DNA of 64,000 bases from Carcharhinus longimanus (Eukaryota). Positions 12,490-25,386 of the stretch are shown here, in pieces. The translations under genes were made by a program, and so were the position numbers. The notes below the pieces were generated by a model that worked only from the letters and a program-made list of their open reading frames with translations, searched no databases and was not told where the DNA came from. The DNA is taken from assembly GCA_030264375.1 (NCBI GenBank), contig JASCQW010000099.1, forward strand, positions 57,108,219 to 57,172,218, read 5' to 3'. Positions within the stretch are counted from its first letter, which is position 1. The number at the start of each line of letters is the position of its first letter.

Positions 12490-13100
12490 ATGAAGAAACA
12501 GAGCAGGCCATTCATCACCCTTCAATTAGATTGTGGCTGGTATGTACTCAATTTCATTCACCCATGTCCCTCAAGACAATTTTACTAACAAAAGACCCGC
12601 CATACAATTCTTAAAAAGGTTCAACTGACGCAGCATCCACCACATTTTCAGAGCTAGAATGCCAGACTTCCACACGTCTAGTGAAGTAACGCTCCCTGAA
12701 ATCACTCAAGTGCCCTAGTTTTAATTTTAAAATCTATTTATCCCCCCAGCAGAAGGAACAGTTCCATATACATCAACTCTATCAAATTCCTTTATTGTTT
12801 TAAACATCTCGATTAGATAACCCCTGAAACTTCTCAAATGAAAGGAATACAAGTGGTTTATGCAAATAGTCCTCATAATTAACCCTTTAATCCATAGCAT
12901 TATTCTGGGTGAGTCTATCCTGTACCCTGAGGCTGATCTGTCCTCCCTGGCAGCAATGCCAAATTGAACACAGTGCTCTGGATGGTGACTGACCAAAGCT
13001 CTGTACAAGAGAAGCATAATTCCTCACTTTCCAATGGTCACACTTTTGAGACAAAATCCAAAATTTCCACTCATTCTTCTGTTCAATTTTTTTGTCTGTG
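12490..13100 (-). mobile_element. CR1 LINE 3' fragment
   Basis: Minus ORF LLLYRALVSHHPEHCVQF...RGYLIEMFKTIKEFDRVD is a typical CR1 ORF2 C-terminus. Confidence 0.85.
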
Positions 13101-13694
13101 CACCAGCTTCTAATGATACATTGTTCCATAAATCATCCTACTCTTCAAAGGCAAGTCAGTTCTTAGTGCAATGCCATCAAAATAAAACTCACTTCTCACT
13201 TTGGTGAAATATTTTGGTATAAAATTTAAGATGTCTAATGCTGTCACATTTTTATCCAGAAAACTTTGGTAGGCTTTGAACATTGAAATCTGCAGGATTG
13301 AGCCTACTAGAGACACAGAATCCCAAAGCACATCCTCTGACAACCAAGTCAGAACACCGTAAAATTGTGCCATCGTTAAACTGGAAGTCTTTACCCACTT
13401 GTGATACAAGATGCACCTCAACAATTCAGCCATATGAAAGCATGACAGGGAGCTCATGTATTGGCCGTAACCAAACAAAAATGTATAAAATAAACATGAT
13501 GACAGGTGTTCACGGCTTTCCTGAACCACAACTTAAGCAGAATGAGTTAACCTTCTTGTCTAGGAGGATTCTGTCATCAAGAAAAATCAAAGTATCTTCA
13601 AACACAACTCATTAGAATTCAACCAAATTAAAAAACCTAACTACGGAATGAAAAATTTATAACTGCACATCAATGTTAAATATGAAATACTCAC

Positions 13695-14058
13695 TAGCAC
13701 GACCAAGCAGGATACGTGGCGTTGAGGGGGTGATGGGCAGTGCTGGGTAAGTGCCACCATATGAAGATGAAAGAACATTGCTGAAAAGGCCAGAGCCCTG
13801 TCTCACTGGACTTAACATTGGGGGTGGTGTGTAGGGTGGGAGCTCATGTGTCCTGTCCAGCAGGTGATCTCCCATGATTCTGGGTGAGCGGAGCTGACTC
13901 TGGTATAGGGTAGCACCTGGATATGAAGCAGAGAAGTTGACAGAAGGTGGAGGGATGTAGAGAGGCTCTGGCCTGTGTCGATACTTCTTTTTGTCCTGCT
14001 GAGATCTGTAGCTATCTTCTGTCTGTGAACCGCTGGGATGACACTTGCGGACAATTTC
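13695..14058 (-). CDS. TRERF1: TRERF1 coding exon 5
   Basis: EIVRK...[16 protein letters not shown]...[13 protein letters not shown]...[19 protein letters not shown]...TPRILLGRA. Acceptor cttcttag|GAA, donor A|GTGAGT; 364 nt. Confidence 0.95.
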
Positions 14059-15379
14059 CTAAGAAGTTCATAGTTTGAATTTTATTAAGTTTTTTTGGAA
14101 GATTTTGAATGAACAAAATGCCTTATATATAAAAAGTGTAAGCATACAATATTAATTCCATAACCAGAGAAAATCAGAAAATACTGCTTTGATTCCTGTT
14201 TAAGCGAACAGTGTCCTCTGTTTCCAATCACTTACTTCCTCATCTCCAACTTTGACTTCAGATCAGTTAATGAGATTAAACACAAAAAAAATCAAAGAAA
14301 AACACATGTAAACAAGCAGTAATAATCATCAGGAGCTGTAAGAGCAATCCCAAATCAAAAAACAAGCATGTTAAAAACAAAACAATGCATGTGATTCGGC
14401 ACCCTTTTCATGCATCAGTAGAGGATACAAAAAAAAATTGAAACAAACGCACATGCACACACGCACATCCCTCCAAAGGACCTGTTAGCAGCAGTAAATA
14501 ATGCATTCTTACGCTGGGCTTGTTGCGTTTAATAGGCAATGTTACGTACTCCTTATAAAACAAGTAGAACAGCTGGCATTAGCATTAGATCACAATCCAC
14601 TGATTTTAAGAGGTCTGACTACAAGAAAGAATTACCAACCCAAGGATTTTTGTGCACAGAGAGACTTCTTGCATCTTTACCCTCTGCCTCAGAAAAGCCA
14701 ACAATCAGGAATAGCTAAACTAAGAGCTTCAAAGGACCAGTCGCTGGTTGACAGCATCTGTTGATACATGGTGTGATGTGCAAATGACATCAGCTTTCTC
14801 TTCTTTCCCTCCAACTGAAAATTCACTTTAACCCACCAAAGAATACCTGCTACTGGATGACCATGAAACAACAGTGCTCGTTGACACAGTGCACTGTGTC
14901 ATAGAAATTTCTATGAAGGATGGAAGTAAAGAATTTTACCAGCTTCAAGGTTGAGAGATACATCTTTTCATTTTGAGGCTGGACAGGACTTAAGATGATG
15001 TTATTTCTCTGGAATGTTCAAAACCTCAGTTGAATACTAGTCATTCTGAATATGTGGCGAAGAAAATTAGGTGGCCAAATCTTTTTCCTACCCAGCGAAG
15101 TACCAATTATATCAACAGCATACACGAGGGTAATAAGAATGAACAACATTTAAAAGTACGGGACAGTTCAACAAATAATTGAAGTGTTCAGGGATGAAGG
15201 AGCAATCAAGTTATGGAGGATGAAAGTACAGCAGTGATATCAAATAAATACTTCATTATTTATTATATATTATTTTGGTAGGAACAATATAAATGTACCA
15301 CAGGAGGACGTGGAACAATTGTAGGATCGAGTGGAAAAGACATCAGACCCTGGGTACAGACTGTAGCTCTTTTTTAAAA

Positions 15380-16210
15380 TCATTCATGGGCGGTGGACAT
15401 CACTGGCTAGATCAGCATTCATTGCTCATCTCTAACTGCCGTTGAAAAGGTGGTGGTGATTTTCCTTCTTGAACTGCTGTAGTCCTTGTGATGCAGGTAC
15501 CCCCTGACAGCATTGTTGGGAAGGAAGTTGCAGAATTTTCACCCAGCATCAGTAAAGAAATGGCAAGATATTTTCAAGTCAGGATGATGAGTGGCTTGGA
15601 AGGGAATTTCCAGGTGGGAATGGTGTTCCCATGTGACTGCTGCCCTTGTTCCTCTAAATGGTAGTGGCCATGGGTTTGGAAGGTGCTGTGAGGAGGCTCG
15701 GTGAATTGCTGGAGTGCATCTTGTAGATGGTACACACTGCTGCCACTGTGTGTCAGCAGTGGGGGGAGCGAATATTTAAAGGTGGTGGGTAAGGTGCCAG
15801 TCAAGTGGGCTGCGTTGTCCTGGATAATATCAAGCTTTTTGAGTGTTGTTGGAGCTGCACTCATCCAGACAAGCGAAGAGTATTCAATTGGACTACTGAA
15901 TTGTGCCTTGTGGATGGCGGACAAAATCTGGGGAGTCAGAAGCTGAATTACACACTGCAGATTCGTATCATCTGACCAGCTCTTGTAGCCACAGTATTTC
16001 TATGGCTGGTCCAGTTCAGTTTATGATCAAGGCTAACTGATAGTGGAGGATTCAGTGATGGGAATGCTATTGAATATCAAGGGCTAACAGTTAGATCCTC
16101 TCTTATTGGAGATGATCATTGCCCACTGATGATCAAATGTCAATTGCCATTTGTCAGCTCAAGCCCGGATATTGTCAAGGTCTTGTTGCATTTGGACATG
16201 GACTACTTCA
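15380..16210 (-). mobile_element. LINE family B 3' fragment
   Basis: Minus ORF IEYSSLVWMSAAPTTLKKLDIIQDNAAHLTG is a post-RT non-LTR region; shared tail. Confidence 0.85.
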
Positions 16211-17049
16211 TTAAGTTAGATAGATGGTCGAGAGGAAATTTGGTAGAGGTATTCAAAATCACGTATTTTGCACACAGTTAGCAGTTAAGATCTGGAACAT
16301 GCTATCCGAGAGTCAAATGGTGGTCGGTTCTATCAAGGCACTCAAAGGTTATTTTCTGAAAAGGAAAGATATGCTAATCTGGAGAATCTGCCCAGCCACA
16401 AATTGCTGAATGGCTTCCTCCTGTGCTATAACCATTGTGAATTCTGTGATTCTGAGAAATGGAAATTGCGCTGAGCATAACCTTTCAATCCTCTTTTGAT
16501 ATGCAAATTTTGCCAGGGTTACTGGAAGGCAACATTTCATTTATTATCAAAAGGTCAGATCAGATTAAGTTGACTGACTACAGATCAGTTAACTTCATGT
16601 CACCTGTCAGCAAATTGTTAGGGATACATACCGCATGATCATATTTGTACTTCCAAATGTAAGGGATAATCAAGGATATCCAGTACAGGTTTGAAGGTGA
16701 GCTCTGACTGTCAAGTCCAAGAATTTTGTTTTCGAAGAAGTTGCTAAATAATTGCAATGCAACACACACACAGAACACGCAGCCTCAGAAGATTTTGGTT
16801 AGGCTTTCTCACAGGAAAATTGTTACAAATATTCAGATATACTATATGAGAAAGTGTAGCAGCATACTGCCTGGCAGAGAAAAGTTAGTCTTAGCGGCTG
16901 TTGCTTAAATTGGTAAGCGTAGGAGTTGTGGGTGAGTGCCAAGCCAATCTCTGTTCTTAACATATACTGGGCATAAAAAGTACAATACCAACATTTGTTA
17001 ACAAGGGTGTCAAGGATTTGGCAAATAAGTAGGTGCAGGAGCCAGATTT

Positions 17050-17410
17050 ATTTATTCTTTTCACTTATTCTTTGATGGGTTTGGACTTCACTGCCAAGGT
17101 CAGCATTCATTGCCCATCCCGAATTGCTCTTGAACTGTGGCTTGCTGGACCATTTCACAGGGCAGTTAACAGTAAAATACATTGCCTTGGGTTTGGAGTC
17201 ACAGGTAGGCCAGAACAGGTAGGTAAAGGACAATAATGGATCAGATGTTTTTTTTCCAAACAGTCATTACTGAGACGAGCTTTACATCCCAGGTTTTGTT
17301 AACTGGATTGAAATTTCACCAACTGCTGTGGTGGGATTAGAATCCATGTATCCAGGGTGTTAGCCTGGGTCTCCAAATAACTAGCGCAGAGCCATTACAG
17401 CTGTGCCACC
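17050..17410 (-). mobile_element. SINE family 2 copy
   Basis: Family-B tail at the left end and tRNA-like head at the right end, on the minus strand. Confidence 0.7.
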
Positions 17411-17446
17411 ATTTCTGTAACAGGTTAATGAAATGAGCAGTCATTT

Positions 17447-17546
17447 NNNNNNNNNNNNNNNNNNNNNNNNNNNNNNNNNNNNNNNNNNNNNNNNNNNNNN
17501 NNNNNNNNNNNNNNNNNNNNNNNNNNNNNNNNNNNNNNNNNNNNNN
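17447..17546. other. Assembly gap (100 N); other gaps at 8485-8494, 30446-30545, 50647-50667, 56419-56518, 60857-60956
   Basis: Runs of N in the sequence. Confidence 1.
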
Positions 17547-17732
17547 ATTTAACAGACAGTTCAATGTGGGGAAATGTGAGGTAATACTAACAGAGTGAAA
17601 ACAAGAAGTGGGAGTGCAACAGATCAACACTGAAGTGTGTGTGGACATTATCGGAGGTGTCTGAGGGTTTAAACACAATTCCTTGAAAATACAAGTGGAG
17701 ATAAAACTACAAAAAGAACCAAAAACATTTGC

Positions 17733-18510
17733 AGAGGAATTCTCCCAAGCCCCCGGCAGTGTGTTCGATGGCAGGCATGGGCAAAGAATATGGCAGCAGA
17801 GCAGAAATCGGTTTCACGCCAGCATGAACTTCCAGCCAAAACTTCCACAGGTGCCTGCCACGGTGGGTCAGAAACTTGCCAGAGGACAGCGTGAACCTCA
17901 CTTGCATCCCATTAATTGGATGCAGAAGGCAGCCCGACATTCCCACGCTATCTCTGCGATGCCAGCAGGAAACACGCTGGCTTGAAACATGTTCATACAA
18001 CTTGGTGCGCAGATATCAGGTCTTTCTGAACAATGCCTGGGGCTGTCTCCAGAGTTCAGAACAAAGGCCACACCAAACTACGGACCCTGGAACACCACAG
18101 CAGTCGGTCAAGGGGGCGTCTGCAGGTGGACTTTGCAGATTAAGTGACTTGGAGGAGGTCCATGTTCTAGCCTCAGAATATTCTTGGAGATCCATCTTCA
18201 TTCGTAGGAGATCGACTTCTGATCTCGGAGTGCTCCTGGTGATCTTCCTTCATTTTCCAGAAGTCCACTGTCTTTCTTCAATAGTAGTTCAGTAATGTTG
18301 GGTGCCTTTTCAATATGGCACCCGGGCAGAACAACCTGGGTTACATGCCACCCAGTTGTCCCACTGCTGAATACGGCGTGAACTACGTGGGTGCATAATC
18401 AGTAAGGTTGGTGTCAGAAGATTTTGTGTGTTTTCCCGCCAACCACCACTGCAAGAAACATTCCACATTCTCCCCCACAGCACTGTCTCAAACTGGGAGA
18501 ATTCCGCTCT
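17733..18510. mobile_element. Non-autonomous DNA transposon (MITE-like)
   Basis: Terminal inverted repeats agaggaattctccca and tgggagaattccgctct bound a GC-richer 780-bp segment. Confidence 0.6.
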
Positions 18511-19511
18511 TTATTTTGAGAGATGCAGGACAGAAAAGCAAAGTAATCATAAATTTGGAGGCGGCAATGGCTAAATCACAATTGCAAACATCATTTCTGA
18601 AGACTGAAGCAAGATTCTGTGTTACTGAAATCTGTTAATTTTTGAAATGGATTTGAATTCTCCCTTAACAGGGGCTGTTCTTACAGCCTCAATTCAAACA
18701 AAAGCACAATGATCTTTAATTTCAATCAGAAATACAAATGTTCTTACAACTGACAAACAATGTCATGCACTGAAACAGCGAATCCAAGTGCAGCTCAGCA
18801 ATATGTGGAAAATGTCTTCAAAATGTCTCTCTTAAGGACAGATTGAAGCATTTTCTTGAGGGTGTGTGGACTACAATTGCTATGTCATTGTGGATATGTC
18901 GCTTAGGCATTGCTAGAGAATGCCTGGCATTGATATTAGCTGAGATTACAATGAATATAATAGCGTTGAAGTGAAAGGCAATTTAGCATTCTTCCTCCTG
19001 ACCATTATTTCTCTGGAAAATATTGGGACTGAAGAGATTCCTGCCAACAAAGTGAGCTGCAATTCAATTGAAATACAGGAGTACAAGAGCTTCACTTATC
19101 AAAGTCACAAGAGCAATAGCATGCAGATCAAAGCAAACACAACAAAACTTGATTTACACATGAATCCCTTTGCATCCCAGGGGAATCTGGTTTGGAACCA
19201 CAAAATAATTAACAACCCCACCATGTTTGCATGCAGGACTTGTATGATTGTGTGAAACTTAAACTCATTTAAAACTGAAAACTAATGCACTTTTATTAGA
19301 AAGATGTATCATCAATGAAAGGCAATTTCACAATTTCTGAATGTAATCTGGGCTGGTAACCAAACTCAGATCATTTCAGTTAGTATCTTACCAACCACCT
19401 GGTCCTATTTGAAACCGTGCAGTGTAAGCTATGATAGTTTCCCACCAGCAAGCAAAGGGTTTCAAACAAAACACCATTGGCAGGGTTAGTTGCAAGAATG
19501 GCAGCACTCAC

Positions 19512-19733
19512 AGAGGATGAGCAGGGTTGGGCCACTTTGGGAGCGTGTGGTGGAGAATCAGTCATCTTCGTGAGGACTGGCATTTCGTCATCTGACACAG
19601 AGTTGGCAGGCTTGTCCTTGGCAGTGGTGGCCTGCTTGCTGGGCTCAGCAGGCTGAAGCTTTACAGGCACAGAGACAGGCATGATGATGGGCATGAGGTG
19701 ATCCACCTCTTTAGGCTGCTTCTCTCCTTCATC
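19512..19733 (-). CDS. TRERF1: TRERF1 coding exon 4
   Basis: DEGEK...MPVSVPVKL...KDKPANSVSDDEMPVLTKMTDSPPH... Acceptor tgtctgtacag|GAT, donor TCT|GTGAGT; 222 nt, phase 0-0. Confidence 0.9.
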
Positions 19734-21029
19734 CTGTACAGACAACCAAAGGCTTTCAGCCTCAGTTACAGAGGGGTCCTAGCAAAGCAACACACCTGAG
19801 ACAGATCAGATAGGGTCTAGCAGATTAATAAAGTAATATACCCTCAGTTTCTAAATGCAGTTGTATATTCAGTGAATTTTTAAAAATAGGTTGCAAGATG
19901 CTGCCATACGAATGTAATAAAAGTTAGAAATCTGTTGTACTTTGCATGATTGGCTTAGCTTCTGCAACGGTCATTTGGTTTTTATTTTCAACATGGACAT
20001 TTCTAATGGATTCCAATGTGCACTACTGATAACTAATATTCACTTTTGAGCAAATCCATGCTTTAAGTAAAAACATGCATGAAATTAAATAAACTGTGCT
20101 CACAAAGCACAGTACAGCACCAATGCATTATCCAAATATGTCAATCACACAAAATGGTTGTTCCAATAATAGTGCATCACATTTCTGTGCTCCAGGGAAT
20201 TCTGAAAATGTATTAAACCTTAAACTGGCCTTTCAGCTTCCATTCTAGTTCATTCTGGCACTTTTGGGGATCCTCTCCCCTCCTACCCCAGTTAATGTTG
20301 TCACACTTTCAACATTCTTCCTTGGAAAGATTATGGCCCTTCTCATCATTTCTTCTGTTTCAATTTCCATCTTTCACATCCCACTGAACTAGCCTCAACA
20401 TCATTCTAAGCCATGTCCTGTTGCAAATGAAAGAGAGCTTATCCATTGTTTATTGTGAACAGGAACTCCTTATGAATTCCTACCTACAACATGGAACAGC
20501 AGGATTATTTCTATTAGCCTTAGCGTTGTTGAATTAGCAGCACCAAGGGCAGGGCAGCTAGGTCCTGCTGAGTTTAATCAGAAAATGCAAACATGTTGTC
20601 GAAGTCTCCAAAACACAATCATCTCAAGGTGCTGATAATTAACATGCATGAGCATTATATCACTTCCATAACTGCCTAAAAATTAGTGAGGCTTAAAACA
20701 AATCGTTCAATTCACCCATTGTTTCAGTGAAGACTGCATTGTGCTTCAATCTGCCATAAAGGCAAGGCTTCTGTACTCTGTAAACATACAGCAATTGACT
20801 AGTCAATGAAAGAATTCAATTGGTTTAATGAAAATTAATGAGGTATCACAAATGATGAATTCAGCTAATATAAACTCAAAAAAATCCAGGATTCCACTCT
20901 AGTTGAGCAGTTCAAATCCAGTTTGTCAAGATTTGGCCAACACATTAAACAGTTAATTATCAGATTTATTTATCAATCTCTCAGAGGTCACAGAAGGCTA
21001 TTATGTTCTCAGGGCATGGGTTATGTTGA

Positions 21030-22120
21030 TAAGGTCTCATTTTTTGCCATGGGAACAGTGATATGCAAGTCAAAGGCCATTCAGCCCATAGTATCCATGG
21101 CAGTTATCTACAAGAGCAATTTAGTTGGTCCCAGTCCCTACCACTTTTTTCCCCCTCACGGTACTTATCCGCATCCCTTTTGAAACACACAATAGGATAC
21201 TACTCCACAACCCTGTCGGATATTGCCTTGTTACCACCTGCTTCATGTCACTTTAGCCAATCTCTAAATCTCATAATCTCATACTCTGCTTCCCGAACAT
21301 TCTGCTAATGGGAGGAGTTTGCATCTATCTGTATTGTGCTATCTCTCACGCACGTGTGTCAAACCTCCAGAACTTTTCCATCCTCATAACTGAGGTCCCT
21401 CATTCCTGGAACCATTCTTGTAATTCTTTTCTGTATCCTGTCTATAAAGGCTTCACATCCTTCCTAATAGTCGATGCCCAAAATTAGGCACAATACTCCA
21501 GTTGAGGTCCAATCAATGCTTCATAGACGTTTACCATAACCTCCTTGCTTTTCGACTTTATATTTCTAAAGTATAAAGGCCTGGATCTTGAACTCTTTTC
21601 TCAATCTGTCCTGCCCCCTCCAAAGGTTTGTGCACTTAAGACGTGAAGTTCTCCCACTTCTTGCGCCCTTTTACTTTATATCTCACCTCTCATTTGTCCG
21701 ACCAAAAAAGAATAATTTCAAAGTTCTCTCCATGCGACGTGTTCACCCATTCCACCAACCTATTTATGGTCTCTTGAACTCTATCATTGTATTCTTCCCA
21801 TTTCATATATGCCCAAAATGTGTCATCTATAAATTTTTAAACGTGTGTGTACTGGCATAATTTCAGTTTCTGATGCACATCAAGGAAAGGATGGGTCCTA
21901 GAACTGACCACCAGGAACAACACATACCTCATCCCCAATCCAGCAAACAAATGTTCACTACTACTTGGATTTCTGTCACTCAGCCCGCTTTGTATCCATG
22001 CTGCCCCTGTACTTTTGATTCCTTGGGCTTCAACTCTGCTGATAACATATAATGTGGCACTTTGCCAAACATCTTTTGGAGATCCATAAACACCACATAA
22101 ACCATTACCACCTTCTTTTC
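21030..22120 (-). mobile_element. CR1 LINE fragment, decayed
   Basis: CR1 motifs on the + strand as reverse complement (gcccaaaattaggcacaatactcca; gccaaacatcttttggagatccataaacacc). Confidence 0.75.
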
Positions 22121-23699
22121 AATTATCTCAAAAAATACTAGTTGTGTATGTTCCCCAAGTGGGGGTGAAACTAGCTGACACCTTTCCTCCAGTCCTAAAA
22201 AAGAGAGGTTCTCTCAAACACCTGAAAAGGCAAAACAAGTCTGCACAAAGGTAAAGATTTAAAATAGGTCTTGCAATGTTAACTTGTAATTTCTCAAAAC
22301 AACTGTTTAACCATGCTTCGGCTGGAATGTCAAATTTGCAAGCAAGCACGTTCTGTCCTAAATGCGAGAGATTAAAATTACTGAGGTTCTCATCTGGACA
22401 ACTCGGAATTGGCTGCAAAAAGTGACACCGCAGGTCTTGGCTAGGATGGAGAAGATTGATGAGGGAATTGCCTCATCAATTATGCCTGAAGACATCACGA
22501 CTGAAAGAGATCAGGATTGATCTTGTGCACATAATTTGTGTTATACAACTATTATCCACTACTGCATTTTGCTGGAGAAATAATTCTGCTTTCATTGGGA
22601 GACTTTGCTGTAGCTTTGATCACAAGTTGTGTTTGCTCCATTTTGTAGAGCTTCTTGACTGCATAAATAGATAGTTTGCTTCAAGTCCTGCAGTAACTTC
22701 TCCCCATCTGCAACTCAGCTGACCAACACAAGTCAAAATTCACTCTGTATTTTCATAGTTATATGAAGTTCCCCAACAGTGCATTTAGGGGGTTCCCCAA
22801 TGATGCGCTGGGGAACCCCTCTAGGAAGTTCCCACATAAGGGATTACCTGGCAATTATCCAGAAGCAGTAACTTTCCCTGGATAATTGCACTGAGCTGGG
22901 AATCATCGGATGGAAGTGATTTAGATTTGTAACTTTGGATGTTTGTGTCAGCTTTATCCTGATAGTCACTGTGAAAGAGTTAGAAGGAATGAAATCAATT
23001 CCATCTCCACAGTAACTATTCACATACCCAGATCCAGCCTTGTATGGGACACTCCACATACGACCACCCAGCAGATCCCCCACACCATACCACTCCAGAT
23101 CCAACCACCTCTCTTGGCCCGGTCCACCCCTTTCTCCCCTTCATGATCGAATATCATACAAAAAAAGGAACATTCCTTTCTTCCCTGCATCCCAATTAAT
23201 CTTTACTGATGCAGCTGGGGAATGGCGGTACACTTCACTGCTCCCGTCTCATCCAGCCTGAGTGAGGAAGGTTGAGCGAGACAGGGGCTTTGCAATTTCA
23301 TTGGCATTTTTGAGGAAGTTATGAGCCAATGTTATGCTCAAATGAGGCATCTGCTTCAGGGTCCAAGTGAAAAGATTTGGTTTGGGGTCCCTAAACATTT
23401 TACAAAACAATGATACTAAATTCTGCCTACTTAATTTTGTTCAAATTCATGCATACACAATCACAAAAAAAAGTGCAATAAGTAATACAAAAATAGTAGA
23501 CAAAATGATCAGTTATTACAATCAGATAGTACTCAAGCACATATTTTATCTAAATCTCCAGTTGAAGTTATCAATCCTCATTTGCTGAGATATCAAAAAA
23601 TCTTCCCTATGGATTCTATGGTTTTATTTAAATTAAACGATAAAAATCTTACCTTGATACCCAAGATATAATTTCAATAAATAATGAAGTATGTTAATT

Positions 23700-24300
23700 C
23701 ATTCCTGGACTGTGGGCTTCGCTGGCTAGGCCAACATTTGTTGCCCATCCCCAATTATCTCTGTGAAGGTGGTGGCTCACCACCTTCTTGAACTGCAATA
23801 GTCATTGTTTTGTAGGAACACCCAGAGTGTTGTAAGGAAAGAATCCAGCAACGTCGATAATGTTCCAAGTTAGGCTGGTTTGTGGCTTGGAGGGGAACTT
23901 GCAGATGATGGTATTCCCATGCATCTACTGCCCTTGTTTTTCTGGCATGTTTGGCAGGTGCCGTTGAAGGAGCCTTAGTGAGTTGCTGCAGTGCATCTTC
24001 TAAATGGTACACACTGTGCCTTGATGGTGGAGGAAGTGAATATTGAAGGTGGTGCCAATCAAGTGGACTGCTTTGGCCTGAATGGGTGGAAGTTCTATTG
24101 TGTTCTTGGAGCTGCACTCATCATCCAGGCAAATGGAGAGTATTCCATCACATTTTTGACTTGTGCCTTGTAGATGTGGACAGACTTTGTGGAGTCAGGG
24201 AGGGAAGTTACCCTCCACAGCCTCCCAGCCTCTGACCTGCTCTTGGATCCACAGTATTTATATGGCTGGCTCAGTTCAGTTTCTGAACCCAGAGGATATT
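23700..24300 (-). mobile_element. LINE family B 3' fragment
   Basis: Colinear with 15380-16030 and 9215-9700. Confidence 0.85.
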
Positions 24301-24724
24301 GGTAATAATATTCCCTAGTTTTACCCTGAAGCTGTTTTGTTGACTATCGCAACTTAACTAGTAACATACTCAGTTTATATTTTTAATTTTGAGTGCTGAT
24401 AACTGACTGGCATCATGCAGGAAGTAGTTCCAATTCTAGTCATTTGAGTTTTCAATTTGGGCCAATTTAGGAAATTCTCTCCTCTTACAATATTCGCCTT
24501 CCTCCATTTCAATCGCTTTATAGAAAATCCTCACATTCATACAACATTAAGGGCTGTGTTTCAAGTTTATTATATCACTAGACAATTGTATTGGGACATG
24601 AACTCTCAGTTTCTGATGTGGGACTTGTGGCTGTACTGCCATCTCTGGCAACTAGTCACCCACACCCAAAATTCGTCAGCTTTGACTTATAAATAAATAA
24701 ATATGGTTCGATATTTCTATGTGG

Positions 24725-24990
24725 AGATCATTGGTTCAGTCTTTGATCCAGTCCAAGTTAGCAAGTCTCAGTCAAACACAAAGGGACCAAAAATTGGCAT
24801 TCCCAGGCTACACAACTTATTTAAATTGCTAGGTTTCTTAATCCCGGTTGCTATTTAATGACTTCTGCAGACCGTTTAGGCATGTGAACATCCAGTGAAG
24901 CCAGGATCTGGTTCAACCATGATCGTCTCCATTGCAGATTAATTAGATTCACCAAAGGCAAATCTAAATGATAGAAAAGCTTCAATTCCA
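24725..24990 (+). mobile_element. Old SINE-like repeat (family 3)
   Basis: Weak colinear similarity to 27990-28340 and 51470-51640 (ggttca...gttag...tctcag). Confidence 0.4.
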
Positions 24991-25144
24991 CTTTTAACAA
25001 TCTGCTCATCCTATATTTCTAATAATTTGTTTAAATTCATGACATTGTACTGAAAATACAGCAGAACAAGCAGCAAGCAATTCTTTGCACATCAAAAATA
25101 TCCAAACATACCTTGAATACCTTAATATGCATACACTTACTGAC

Positions 25145-25289
25145 CTGTTTGGGAGATGTCCTTTGACCACCGTGAGACCTCATGTGGCCATTAAGGGCAG
25201 GTAGACTCTTGAATTCTTTGTGACACATTGTACACATCAGTCTGTTCTTGACATCTGCCCTTTCCTGGAATGGAAGTCTACTTTGGCCA
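25145..25289 (-). CDS. TRERF1: TRERF1 coding exon 3, first C2H2 zinc finger
   Basis: Encodes [48 protein letters not shown]. Acceptor tctccaaacag|T, donor CAG|GTCAGT; 145 nt. Confidence 0.93.
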
Positions 25290-25386
25290 CTGTTTGGAGA
25301 CACAGCGTCCATTAACAACTTTACCTAGCCATAAGCAGTTATATTAAAAAAACATACCAGTACCAAGTGACACATGGCTCTGATTT

